Source: a virus. From it: 64,000 nt of DNA. Location of the stretch: positions 1-64,000 of the IMG/VR virus record IMGVR_UViG_3300045988_107970; one strand, given 5' to 3'. A program made the position numbers and the translations under genes. Positions within the stretch are counted from its first letter, which is position 1. Each line of letters starts with the position of its first letter. Positions 15,062 through 22,138 of this stretch are shown here, piece by piece. Under the pieces are notes generated by a model, which ran no database searches, was not told the origin of the DNA, and saw nothing but the letters and a program-made list of their open reading frames with translations.

Positions 15062-15937
15062 ATGAACGATACGATGAACCACAAGATTCAGACTTCAACC
15101 GCTTGTATCGGACATTTCATCGACACCACTATTTATGAAACCTACCTTGGTGAGCTTTGGGGTGGTATTCCCTACAACATGCGCGACAAGGCCGATGATG
15201 AGCTTGGTGAGAGCGCGGTTGCGTATATTGAATCTGCTATTTGTGATATTCTCCCGTCTGATTATGATGATGATTTTTATATTACGTATACTGGCACGTA
15301 CCATCCGAAGTATTATAACTTTGAGACCGATTCGGTTCTGTTTGATTTTGCATACACGGATGGACTGTGTGAGTTTATGCTTGGCTACGCTGCCATGAAC
15401 CGTAATAATTTTGAGGAGTTTCTTGAGAAGAAGTATACTTCTCACGATGGCTATGTATCGTTCACGCCTAACAACTGGGATGATTGGTATGATGGGTATG
15501 TAAAGGATGATTTTCGTTGCGTATCTGCCCTGCTTTATTTCATGCTTATTATGTGTTCTTGCGTAAACATTGACGATAACTATAATTTCGTTGACGAGAA
15601 TACATATCAGATGGGGTTTGTAGAGAGCGCTACGCAGATTATTTCCGAAGGTTATACGCCTTATTCATACGCTGTGAAGTATGAGAACGGAATGGTTATA
15701 GCTGTTTTCAGCGATTGTGATAATAACGGGGCTTTCTTCAGCTGCTATCTGGTTGATGCTAACGGCAACGTAATTAAGCATGAGCAGATGTCGGATGCTT
15801 ACGAGGAGTTTAACGACAGTGCATTTGCCGCCTTTGAGTACGGCGATATTGAAAACCTTTTGGATGATGATTCGATTCTTTATCATCTTCGCAGTGAACC
15901 GTGCAGCGTTCCCGATATTCCCGAGCATGAGTGCTAA
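15062..15937 (+). CDS. hypothetical highly acidic protein (291 aa)
   Basis: ORF track; GAGAAAGG RBS; rich in D/E/Y. Confidence 0.7.
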   Translation: MNDTMNHKIQTSTACIGHFIDTTIYETYLGELWGGIPYNMRDKADDELGESAVAYIESAICDILPSDYDDDFYITYTGTYHPKYYNFETDSVLFDFAYTDGLCEFMLGYAAMNRNNFEEFLEKKYTSHDGYVSFTPNNWDDWYDGYVKDDFRCVSALLYFMLIMCSCVNIDDNYNFVDENTYQMGFVESATQIISEGYTPYSYAVKYENGMVIAVFSDCDNNGAFFSCYLVDANGNVIKHEQMSDAYEEFNDSAFAAFEYGDIENLLDDDSILYHLRSEPCSVPDIPEHEC

Positions 15938-15945
15938 TGTGTGAT

Positions 15946-16086
15946 ATGGCGTATTGCATTTGGAATAATTGTCAAGGTGCCTTTGCAGTCAAGAACAAAG
16001 CCGATTCTGAAAAGTTCAAAAAAGATATGCAAAAGCACCTTGACGCGCTATTTAATATGTGCAATAATCTATCGAAGGTTTATTAG
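15946..16086 (+). CDS. hypothetical small protein (46 aa)
   Basis: Own translation MAYCIWNNCQGAFAVKNKADSEKF... Confidence 0.35.
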   Translation: MAYCIWNNCQGAFAVKNKADSEKFKKDMQKHLDALFNMCNNLSKVY

Positions 16087-16109
16087 TGTCCGCATAAAAG
16101 GAGTATAAT

Positions 16110-16523
16110 ATGCTGACTGCGATTTGCAAGAGTGTTGAAGATGCTGATTATTGGGCTTATGACGATACGATTGAGGACGTTCTTGAGGATATTGTCTATG
16201 TAACAGACAGTGAGCATTGTGCTGGCGAGCATGAGTGTGTGGCTTCTGCCCTTGATCCAAAGGGCAATGATTGGTATACTGATTCTTTACAGACAAATGA
16301 AATGATGTTGTCTGATGATGAATTGTTTGTGGTTACTTACTATGTCTATGATGGTAACGGTTCATTTGACGAGCTGGTCGATTTTGCTATCACTAAGAAC
16401 GATATTATCAATAATGTTCTCACGAATAAGTATGTCGAGGGTGCTTATTATTGGACGTTTGGACAGATGCTAAAGACCACTAATGACTGGCTTAATGGCA
16501 AGTACGGTGAGTATGACGATTAG
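16110..16523 (+). CDS. hypothetical acidic protein (137 aa)
   Basis: ORF track; AAGGAG RBS. Confidence 0.65.
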   Translation: MLTAICKSVEDADYWAYDDTIEDVLEDIVYVTDSEHCAGEHECVASALDPKGNDWYTDSLQTNEMMLSDDELFVVTYYVYDGNGSFDELVDFAITKNDIINNVLTNKYVEGAYYWTFGQMLKTTNDWLNGKYGEYDD

Positions 16524-16561
16524 TTTTTAATTGTGCCTTATACGGAAAAGTAAAACGTTTT

Positions 16562-16590
16562 AGCAGGGCTTAAATAGCCCTGCTTTCTTA
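16562..16590 (+). terminator. intrinsic terminator
   Basis: AGCAGGGCT/AGCCCTGCT stem. Confidence 0.75.
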
Positions 16591-16595
16591 TCTAC

Positions 16596-16624
16596 TTGAT
16601 AGCTACTTTTATATGCAATACAAT
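16596..16624 (+). promoter_or_regulatory. sigma70-type promoter of the CTACTTGAYA family
   Basis: TTGATA 16596-16601; 17-nt spacer; TACAAT 16619-16624. Confidence 0.7.
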
Positions 16625-16663
16625 ATAGTTAGACTAATGTAACATATAAAGGAGTGCTTATGT

Positions 16664-16873
16664 ATGTCAAATATAAAGGCAAATGTACAGAAAAATGAAC
16701 GCGCCATGCTTAATACGACAATAAACAAAGGCGTTTTAGATAGTTTTAAAGCCCATTGTAAAGGCGCTGGGATGCCTATGAACACGGTATTGGAGACGTT
16801 CATGGTACAGTTTGTATCGGGCGAGTTCGTGCTAAAGATAGGCAAAAGCAATAAGATTGATATTAAAGACTAG
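16664..16873 (+). CDS. ribbon-helix-helix protein, RelB/DinJ-antitoxin-like (paralog of 17627..17818)
   Basis: LNTTINKGVLDSFKAHCKGAGMPMNTVLETFMVQFVSGEF aligns with the paralog LNTTIDKDVKDAFSAYCKQVGFSMNTVLEILMRQFANGEF. Confidence 0.5.
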   Translation: MSNIKANVQKNERAMLNTTINKGVLDSFKAHCKGAGMPMNTVLETFMVQFVSGEFVLKIGKSNKIDIKD

Positions 16874-16892
16874 CATTTAGCTGGTCTTTTTT
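16868..16892 (+). terminator. intrinsic terminator
   Basis: GACTAGC/GCTGGTC stem (one G-U pair), T6 run. Confidence 0.65.
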
Positions 16893-16907
16893 ATTTGGAA
16901 TATCTAC

Positions 16908-16935
16908 TTGACAACTATATGATAAGTAGTATCAT
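16908..16935 (+). promoter_or_regulatory. sigma70-type promoter of the CTACTTGAYA family
   Basis: TTGACA 16908-16913; 16-nt spacer; TATCAT. Confidence 0.6.
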
Positions 16936-16972
16936 GTATGTTGATAGTCGGAAGAAAGGATAGACCGTGGGT

Positions 16973-17062
16973 ATGAATAGCGATGACTGGAAAATTATAA
17001 TCTTTTGTTTTATTTTTTGTACGACATTGCTTGTCTTAGAGTTTATCCATATATATAGTTAG
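16973..17062 (+). CDS. possible 29-aa hydrophobic peptide
   Basis: Own translation MNSDDWKIIIFCFIFCTTLLVLEFIHIYS; AAAGGA RBS. Confidence 0.3.
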   Translation: MNSDDWKIIIFCFIFCTTLLVLEFIHIYS

Positions 17063-17073
17063 GTTGGAAAATT

Positions 17074-17412
17074 ATGAGTGATGTTGGTTTTATTGTTATG
17101 GAAGACCCCATTATGACTCCACAAGCAGTTACGGAAAAGATTGATAACACGCCCATTGAGATTGCTCAAGCCGCCAAAGACGAGGTGTATGTTGTATGGT
17201 ATGACAATGGTTGTGCATACGAGGATGGTTATCAAGAGATTGATAGAATCTTTTCTAATTATGACGATGCCGCTAAGTATCTTGATGATTGTGGATGTTA
17301 TAAGGATGTTCGAAATGGATATAATGGAGAATATATGATATGGTTTCCACCATATGACGTGGAATATCCTGATTTTGGACACTATACCATTCGTGAGTTT
17401 GATTTGTACTAA
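17074..17412 (+). CDS. hypothetical acidic protein (112 aa)
   Basis: ORF track. Confidence 0.6.
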   Translation: MSDVGFIVMEDPIMTPQAVTEKIDNTPIEIAQAAKDEVYVVWYDNGCAYEDGYQEIDRIFSNYDDAAKYLDDCGCYKDVRNGYNGEYMIWFPPYDVEYPDFGHYTIREFDLY

Positions 17413-17427
17413 TTGTTAGGAGAAAAA

Positions 17428-17625
17428 ATGTCTAAGATTCATCCACGTTGTTGCGCCAACTGCCGTAACTGTGAGCCGTTTGATAACGGTTTCGAGGTTG
17501 AGGACGATGAAGCAGGCTATTGTAAGGCGCATGAGTGGGAGATTGTATACTTGGATGATGATTCGTGGTGCGATGATTTTGTAGCTGTGAAATCGACCCG
17601 TGTTCGTGACGAGGATTGGGATTAA
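17428..17625 (+). CDS. small Cys-rich (zinc-binding?) protein
   Basis: ATG 17428 after GGAGAAAAA; CCANCRNC motif. Confidence 0.55.
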   Translation: MSKIHPRCCANCRNCEPFDNGFEVEDDEAGYCKAHEWEIVYLDDDSWCDDFVAVKSTRVRDEDWD

Positions 17626-17626
17626 C

Positions 17627-17818
17627 ATGGTGGAAAATAACAAGGTCGTACTCAATACAACCATTGACAAAGACGTTAAGGACGCTTTCAGCGCCTACTG
17701 CAAACAGGTTGGTTTCTCTATGAACACGGTGCTAGAGATTCTTATGCGACAATTTGCGAATGGCGAGTTTCGTATTAAGTTTGAAAAGAATAAGTTGGAT
17801 CTTGATTTAGAAGGATAA
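17627..17818 (+). CDS. ribbon-helix-helix protein, RelB/DinJ-antitoxin-like (paralog of 16664..16873)
   Basis: See paralog alignment; ATG 17627 sits 1 nt after the upstream stop. Confidence 0.5.
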   Translation: MVENNKVVLNTTIDKDVKDAFSAYCKQVGFSMNTVLEILMRQFANGEFRIKFEKNKLDLDLEG

Positions 17819-17844
17819 TACCTTATATATAGGTTATAATAGAT

Positions 17845-17875
17845 GGGTGGAACATTTATTGTTCCACCCTTTTTT
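17845..17875 (+). terminator. intrinsic terminator
   Basis: GGGTGGAAC/GTTCCACCC stem, T6 run. Confidence 0.85.
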
Positions 17876-17912
17876 ATTTTCAAAATTGACTGCAAAAATA
17901 TGAGCTAACTAC

Positions 17913-17941
17913 TTGATAACTACATTGATATAAGGTAGAAT
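17913..17941 (+). promoter_or_regulatory. sigma70-type promoter of the CTACTTGAYA family
   Basis: TTGATA 17913-17918; 17-nt spacer; TAGAAT 17936-17941. Confidence 0.7.
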
Positions 17942-17974
17942 ATAGTAAAGAAAGACGAGAGGAAGGGATTGATA

Positions 17975-18778
17975 ATGGCTAGTCCAGCATTTGCGCCAGT
18001 TGTTGTGGAAGAAAAGCAGCAGAACAATATCATTCCGTTTAGTGTTATCATTGGCACTAAAGATGTTAAGCCTAAAAGTCCGAAGGCTCGTGATAACAGC
18101 GGTGGATTAAAGCCTGCTGGTGTATCTTCTGAGGTGTATGCTTTCCGTACCGATGAAGAGATTAAGTCTATGATTGATGTGTTTGACAAGCATATCAATG
18201 AAGCTACCGATGAACACCATCGTCAGCTTGCCAGTCGGAACAAGCTGCTGTTCGTTATTGGTATCAATGTTGGTTTGCGTGCAAGCGATTTGATTACGCT
18301 TAAATGGAGTTTCTTCTTGGACTGCGTTAAGGACGGAGAGTATAAGTTTAAGGACTTCTATACTTTGCAACCTAAGAAAACACGCAAGCAGAAGAAGTTT
18401 GTTAAGTTGTTCTTTAATAACACTGTTAAAAAGATTATTGTAGAGTATCTTAATGAGTTCCCTGTGGACAATTTAGACGAATATATGTTTAAGTCTCGTG
18501 AGGGTGACGGTGCCATTGCAGCCACTACTCTTTGGCGTATTATCAAGAACATCGCCAAGGAAGCGGGGATTAACCAGAATATCGGTAGCCATAGTCTGCG
18601 TAAAACGTGGGGTAGATTCTGTTTTGAACAGGCTGAAGACAAAACAAGGGCTTTGGTTTTATTGCAAAAGGCTTTCAATCATTCTAGTCAAGACGTTACA
18701 CTGCACTATCTTGGATTGCTTGATGATGATATTCAAGATATGTATGAGAGTATTAACATTGGTTATGATTTTATTTAA
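17975..18778 (+). CDS. tyrosine recombinase / phage integrase family protein
   Basis: GLRASDLITLKW (Arg I), GSHSLRKTWG (H-x-x-R), NHSSQDVTLHYLG (catalytic Tyr region). Confidence 0.8.
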   Translation: MASPAFAPVVVEEKQQNNIIPFSVIIGTKDVKPKSPKARDNSGGLKPAGVSSEVYAFRTDEEIKSMIDVFDKHINEATDEHHRQLASRNKLLFVIGINVGLRASDLITLKWSFFLDCVKDGEYKFKDFYTLQPKKTRKQKKFVKLFFNNTVKKIIVEYLNEFPVDNLDEYMFKSREGDGAIAATTLWRIIKNIAKEAGINQNIGSHSLRKTWGRFCFEQAEDKTRALVLLQKAFNHSSQDVTLHYLGLLDDDIQDMYESINIGYDFI

Positions 18779-18793
18779 TGAAAGGTGAGTATC

Positions 18794-18979
18794 ATGGGAC
18801 TGTTTGGTCGGAAAAAAGACATTACCAACATGGTATTTGACTGGGATTTGTACTGGAAAGATATTGAGAATGGCGTTGACAACAAAATTATAGTCAAGAA
18901 GATGGAAAGTCTTGATTACTATGTGAGCAAGGCCGAACAGTCATACGGAAAAATTTTAGTAGCGGCATACGCAAAGTAA
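18794..18979 (+). CDS. hypothetical protein (61 aa)
   Basis: ATG 18794 after AAAGGTGAG. Confidence 0.5.
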   Translation: MGLFGRKKDITNMVFDWDLYWKDIENGVDNKIIVKKMESLDYYVSKAEQSYGKILVAAYAK

Positions 18980-18986
18980 TTGATAT

Positions 18987-19020
18987 AAGGCGGTTGTTTT
19001 TTGACGGCCGCCTTTGTTTA
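18987..19020 (+). terminator. intrinsic terminator
   Basis: AAGGCGG...CCGCCTT stem, T-rich tail. Confidence 0.65.
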
Positions 19021-19081
19021 TTATAATCTTAGATATTGAAGAGTGTTGGAGTGGTAAAACAAAACTAAGAGAAGGGAGCGC

Positions 19082-20023
19082 TTGTCTTTGCGGAAAAATT
19101 TTGATGACTTTATACAGACATTTGATTCCGATAACACGGCAAAGGTGGCTAAATCATTATGTGTTATAGGCGAATATGATTATTCAAATTGCACACCTGT
19201 TGATTTACAGAATATTATATTAGGAATGAATCCTAATAGCCCAAAGGCTATAACGACTATTATATATATCCTTGGTTTGTATGCAAAATATCTTGGCAAT
19301 AAAGATATGGAATATATGTTGAATGACTTGGATCGGAATATTCTTTGGTCATTAGCCAAACCAAATGCTTCTAAGAAATTTATTTCCAATGCGCAGTTTG
19401 AAAAGATATACCATGATATAGGAATGTATGAGGACTATAACGGATTTTATATACAGACACTATTTAGAAGTCTATATGAAGGTATCTATAACGATGATAT
19501 GAGCGTTGTGAAGAACCTTAGAGCGGAAAATATATGGTGGGATGGAACAACGTTAAAGCCCGATAATGGCGAGCCGTATGATATATCTATATCGAAAAAA
19601 TTAGCCGATGATTTGATTAAGCTGAGCAAAATTGATATATGGGAAAGACGGAACAGGTATGGGACATGCAAGATACCAATAGTCGGATTGCATGAAGACA
19701 GCTGTTTCAAGGTGGAGAATCGCAAAGGCAGTTCGGAATATTCCTATAGGTTCAGTTACTATAGGCTATTGCGGAATATATCTAAGAACTATGTTGGATA
19801 TAATCTGTTGCCGCTACAGATATATGTGAGCGGAATAATGCACAGGATAACATTGGAATTAGACAAGTGTGGAATAAATATCAAAGATGCCTTTGCGGAC
19901 AATAACAAGGATAGAAAAGTGAATGGAATAATTTCAGATGAATTGAAGCGCAGCATGTGCGATACGCCAGTGCGGAACTTCAGGGAAATGGTCAAAGGGC
20001 ATATAGATATTTTCTCTCCTTAG
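19082..20023 (+). CDS. hypothetical protein (313 aa), AT-rich; N-terminus vaguely integrase-SAM-like, no catalytic motifs seen
   Basis: ORF track; GAGAAGGGAG RBS, TTG start. Confidence 0.6.
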   Translation: MSLRKNFDDFIQTFDSDNTAKVAKSLCVIGEYDYSNCTPVDLQNIILGMNPNSPKAITTIIYILGLYAKYLGNKDMEYMLNDLDRNILWSLAKPNASKKFISNAQFEKIYHDIGMYEDYNGFYIQTLFRSLYEGIYNDDMSVVKNLRAENIWWDGTTLKPDNGEPYDISISKKLADDLIKLSKIDIWERRNRYGTCKIPIVGLHEDSCFKVENRKGSSEYSYRFSYYRLLRNISKNYVGYNLLPLQIYVSGIMHRITLELDKCGINIKDAFADNNKDRKVNGIISDELKRSMCDTPVRNFREMVKGHIDIFSP

Positions 20024-20138
20024 ATGGAATATTTTATATGATGCAAATGATATGGTTTGGTGCTAACATCTTAGTGTTGTGAAGTATTGCTATATTCTAA
20101 ATATTTCACAACACACTTCTTGAGAGGAGCATTTGCGC

Positions 20139-20474
20139 ATGTTCGACTATAGTAAATACGGATTTTCCAATGGCGATAAGACCGAGCTTAAACGTGTTCT
20201 CGAAGACAAGATAGAGTTTGAATCGGTAAGTATAGATACATATATAGCAAGACCATATACATTTATTTTAAGGTCTTCTGAAAAAAATGTCACAGCTTCT
20301 CTAGAGGACGATAGAGTGATAATCAGACGGAATGATCGCTTTAAAACTACTATTTCAAATTTCTCTTTTGACAGCGTATGTGATGTGCAGTTTAAATTGA
20401 CGGAAGATTTTAGGTGTTCTATATTTTTTACCATTGCAAATATCTGCTATAATATCATTGCCTATGTTTGTTGA
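20139..20474 (+). CDS. hypothetical protein (111 aa)
   Basis: ATG 20139 after GAGAGGAG; a 15-bp imperfect inverted repeat at 20074-20114 lies just upstream. Confidence 0.55.
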   Translation: MFDYSKYGFSNGDKTELKRVLEDKIEFESVSIDTYIARPYTFILRSSEKNVTASLEDDRVIIRRNDRFKTTISNFSFDSVCDVQFKLTEDFRCSIFFTIANICYNIIAYVC

Positions 20475-20510
20475 TACATATTTAGTCCGCTGATGCAATG
20501 CGGACTGCCA

Positions 20511-20573
20511 CGAAAAAAGTTTTCAAAATTTTCTAAAAAAGTTGTTGACATAGATATAGGCACCGTGTAATAT
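20511..20573 (+). promoter_or_regulatory. consensus sigma70 promoter P1 with A-rich UP-like element
   Basis: CGAAAAAAGTTTTCAAAATTTTCTAAAAAAG; TTGACA 20545-20550; 17-nt spacer; TAATAT 20568-20573. Confidence 0.8.
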
Positions 20574-20579
20574 AGTTGA

Positions 20580-21806
20580 TGTCAGAAAGAGACGCGGACA
20601 AATCGCAGATCAATCTGATGAGCACCTTGAGAAAAGAAGATGGAAAAAAGTTCAAAAAAGTTCTTGCAACTGATAAAGTTAGATGCTATAATATCTGACA
20701 CAGAGAAACGGAAGTTTCCAGTTGCACCTTGATATTTGCATAAAGTATCAGCGTTGAGAAATCAACGCGAAGGATTGTTTCAACCATGTGTATTCCAAAT
20801 TCCATTGGGTCATGGACGTGTTCAAAGAGTTCCACTATAGAGGATACCCTATAGGTAGGCTTTGCCTGATGCAGGTAACTGACATCTTTAGAAGGGCAGG
20901 AGAGATGGAAAATCTCAACTGAGGGCAGACACGGTGCTGTGATGAAACGCAAGAAAATGGTATCGCTAACTGGTCGCTATCGCAATAGATATGAGGTACG
21001 CACTTCATTGAACCAAGTAGAGGATAGTGTGGCAGCTATGCCAATCGCTTGGAGTGCCACAAGATAGTTGTCCAATTGATGCTGGTAATCAGCTATAAGA
21101 CCAGACGTGAGTACGAGTAGCCCAAATTTGGATAGTATAGAAGATTAATATGCTGAATGGTGGGTGAAAGTTGTTGGTAGCCAATCCAGCCATAGATTGA
21201 CGTAAAGTCGGGATGGAAAGATACGAGGTCGCTCCTTGTGTCTCAGCTCCATTTCCTATGTGACCGAATTACCACTACGTTTTATGAAGGTAAGGCGAAG
21301 GCCTGAGACAATCTTTCGCGTTGGTTTGCTTGACCGACAAAGCGAGGTTCGATTCTGTATTAGGTTTTTGGTTGCTTTGCTGATACAGATGGTGCGGTAC
21401 GATTCCGCAGACGGAAAATACAATGGCTCCTTTCTGTTTTGGTTTCATGGTTGCTCCAATTTAACTCAAACGTATTTTTCGTTAACGCTTAGTCCCAAGG
21501 TTTACGATGGAGATAGCTACCTGACAAGTCTTGGGCGCATGGTGGCGGCGTAATGTCACCCCTTGTCTTAACGGAGGAAGCGGACTGTTAAGCGTACACC
21601 GTTGCGTAAAATCGGTAGCGTTGGAAGGTCTGCCAGCGCGGACGGTATTTAAAATAAGTGACCCCTCTGGTAGTTGGCGAGGACTTTAGTAAGCTACCAC
21701 CGTCTATGGAATATATATTTGCCCTTTACCTTGATTGCGGGCGTTCCTTCAACGAAGCAGGCACCTTGTTGATTAAGTATATATTCCATAGACGGTAATG
21801 TGAACT
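20580..21806 (+). ncRNA. candidate large structured non-coding RNA (about 1.2 kb; family unassigned)
   Basis: Only one RBS-less 105-aa + strand ORF. Visibly higher GC than flanks. Many hairpins, including GNRA-capped stems (20705-20718, 20751-20768) and an 18-bp perfect stem (21700-21717/21778-21795). Two promoters upstream, tRNAs downstream. Confidence 0.5.
20643..20692 (+). promoter_or_regulatory. sigma70 promoter P2 with extended -10 and A-rich UP-like element
   Basis: GAAAAAAGTTCAAAAAAG; TTGCAA 20664-20669; 17-nt spacer; TGcTATAAT (TATAAT 20687-20692). Confidence 0.8.
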
Positions 21807-21892
21807 GGCGGTGTGGCGAAATAGGTATACGCTATGCTTTAATGGGCAAAACAGGTAGCTCCTGTATGCAAGTTCGACTCTTGCCACTGCCA
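21807..21892 (+). tRNA. tRNA-like element, class II shape, aberrant anticodon arm (no assignable anticodon)
   Basis: Acceptor GGCGGTG/CACTGCC; T arm GCAAG-TTCGACT-CTTGC; variable arm ACAGG-TAGCT-CCTGT. The anticodon region TATGCTTTAATGGGCAAA does not form a 5-bp stem with a 7-nt loop. Confidence 0.4.
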
Positions 21893-21948
21893 CGGAACAT
21901 TACCGTCTATTTTGAAATGGTAATACATAGTGGAAAATTGTACGTAGT

Positions 21949-22021
21949 GGGAGATTAGTTAATGTTAGTATAACACCCTGCTTATAACGGGGCGTGACAG
22001 GGGCAGCACCTGTATCTCCTA
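21949..22021 (+). tRNA. tRNA-Ile(UAU)-like, canonical cloverleaf lengths but non-canonical D and T loops
   Basis: Acceptor GGGAGAT/ATCTCCT; D stem GTTA/TAAC; anticodon stem CCCTG/CGGGG; loop CTTATAA. T loop is GGCAGCA instead of TTCRANN, and the D loop has no GG. Confidence 0.55.
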
Positions 22022-22056
22022 CTACCTATAATCTAAATTGTGTATTACCATTATAT

Positions 22057-22138
22057 GCCGCAGTAATCCTTTAAAGACGAGGGTTGGACTGTAAATCCAA
22101 TGTCTATGACTGGCTAGGAGCGTTACCTAGATGCGGCA
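22057..22138 (+). tRNA. tRNA-Tyr(GUA)-like with long variable arm, irregular D arm and non-canonical T loop
   Basis: Anticodon arm TTGGA-CTGTAAA-TCCAA; T arm CTAGG-AGCGTTA-CCTAG; acceptor GCCGCAG/ATGCGGC with a G-A mismatch. Confidence 0.5.

Noticed and set aside
20615-20622. CTGATGAG, the hammerhead ribozyme core sequence
   Set aside because: The following bases (CACCTTGAGAAAAG) cannot form stem II between CUGAUGA and GAAA, and no stem I/III or cleavage triplet arrangement is evident. This is a chance 8-mer.
21340-21410. Additional canonical tRNA or tmRNA-like domain around GGTTCGATTC (21345) and TGCGG-TACGATT-CCGCA (21383-21399)
   Set aside because: GGTTCGATTC has no complementary T stem. 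The second hairpin has a T-arm shape, but no acceptor, D or anticodon arms can be built around it. It is treated as part of the large RNA candidate.
21236-21553. 105-aa + strand ORF inside the candidate ncRNA
   Set aside because: It has a TTG start without a Shine-Dalgarno and an in-frame TAA 11 codons upstream. The sequence looks random and hydrophobic/basic, unlike the phage's other proteins, and the ORF overlaps multiple strong hairpins.
21807-21892. Suppressor tRNA (TTA/TAA in the anticodon region) and stop-codon recoding
   Set aside because: No standard anticodon loop can be drawn that places TTA at positions 34-36. All recognisable genes in the window are intact under the standard bacterial code. 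The three frame breaks are indels at homopolymers, not in-frame stops.
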